Below are positions 63,352-64,000 of a DNA stretch of 64,000 bases, piece after piece. The notes beneath the pieces were generated by a model, which worked only from the letters and a program-made list of their open reading frames with translations, was not told the DNA's origin and ran no database searches. The DNA is from Podarcis pityusensis (taxonomy: Eukaryota): the NCBI GenBank assembly GCA_964106645.2, contig OZ067040.1; one strand, 5' to 3'. Both the position numbers and the translations under genes were made by a program. Within the stretch, counting starts at the first letter, position 1. The number at the start of each line of letters is the position of its first letter.

Positions 63352-64000
63352 TCCACACATATTGTTTAATTGCAATTTAAGCCTGTCAAGAAAACTGGAA
63401 GTGCACTGCTTGAAGCTGGAGAGACACCTGGAAAAATTATCCTGCAGCGGTAGGCAGAGATATAATGAAAGGAGGTGGGAGTGGACCGCCCAAAACACAG
63501 CTTGAGTAAACAAATGCCGTTCAGGAGTGTTTTAGGACCAGTTCAGAAGAGAGACATATTTCTCTTCAGGTTTTCCATGGATTGACGTTTGTTCCAATTC
63601 AGCAGTAAAAGGTGGGTTTCCTCAAGGAAAACAGCAGGTCAAAAGAAAACACCTCTCAGCTGCATGATGAGAGATCAATACAAAACATTAGAACTCACAG
63701 GACAAATGAAACCGTGAATGGGCCCTAAATGGGAGAGTGGGGATCTTAAGCTCATTTACATGGAAATAAGTTCCGCTGAGATCAACAGGACATGCTTCCA
63801 AACTAATGTGGTTACAAACAGGGTGTCAGGCAATTTATACACACAGCAGAATTTTGGATTGCTCTATTTACTATTGTACGAGGAAAGAGGACTGAGTAAA
63901 CATAGTACTCTTAATGGTTTAGTGTCAAGACAGAATTTCTCCTTCAGACTATCCTTGTCTGTCTGCATTTTACTTTCAAAACCAGAAGTCACAGTGCCAA

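Overview
Vertebrate genomic DNA. The repeats (Sauria SINE, Squam-type tRNA SINEs, L2, CR1, BovB, L1, hAT and Tc1/mariner MITEs, Penelope relics) point to a squamate, probably a lacertid lizard. One protein-coding gene is present: HIVEP2 (Schnurri-2/MBP-2) on the minus strand. The whole CDS can be rebuilt from six GT-AG exons: 43755-38629, 37173-37019, 34273-34098, 31812-31711, 30863-29968 and 28556-27726. These total 7287 nt, or 2428 aa, with no frameshift. A 45-nt non-coding exon lies at 46550-46506. The promoter and first exons were not found and probably lie beyond the right edge. The 3'UTR has two N blocks, and about 1-26.9 kb is gene-free downstream DNA rich in transposon relics. I found no new multi-gene system. 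The best leads are: a 14-bp hairpin formed across the splice junction of two 5'UTR exons and overlapping junction-spanning uORFs; two calcineurin PxIxIT-like docking motifs in the protein; a decayed CCHC zinc finger; a sense-oriented CpG-rich LTR-like insertion in an upstream intron; and N blocks that look like masking rather than scaffold gaps. Human exon sizes and repeat family names are from memory and need database checks.
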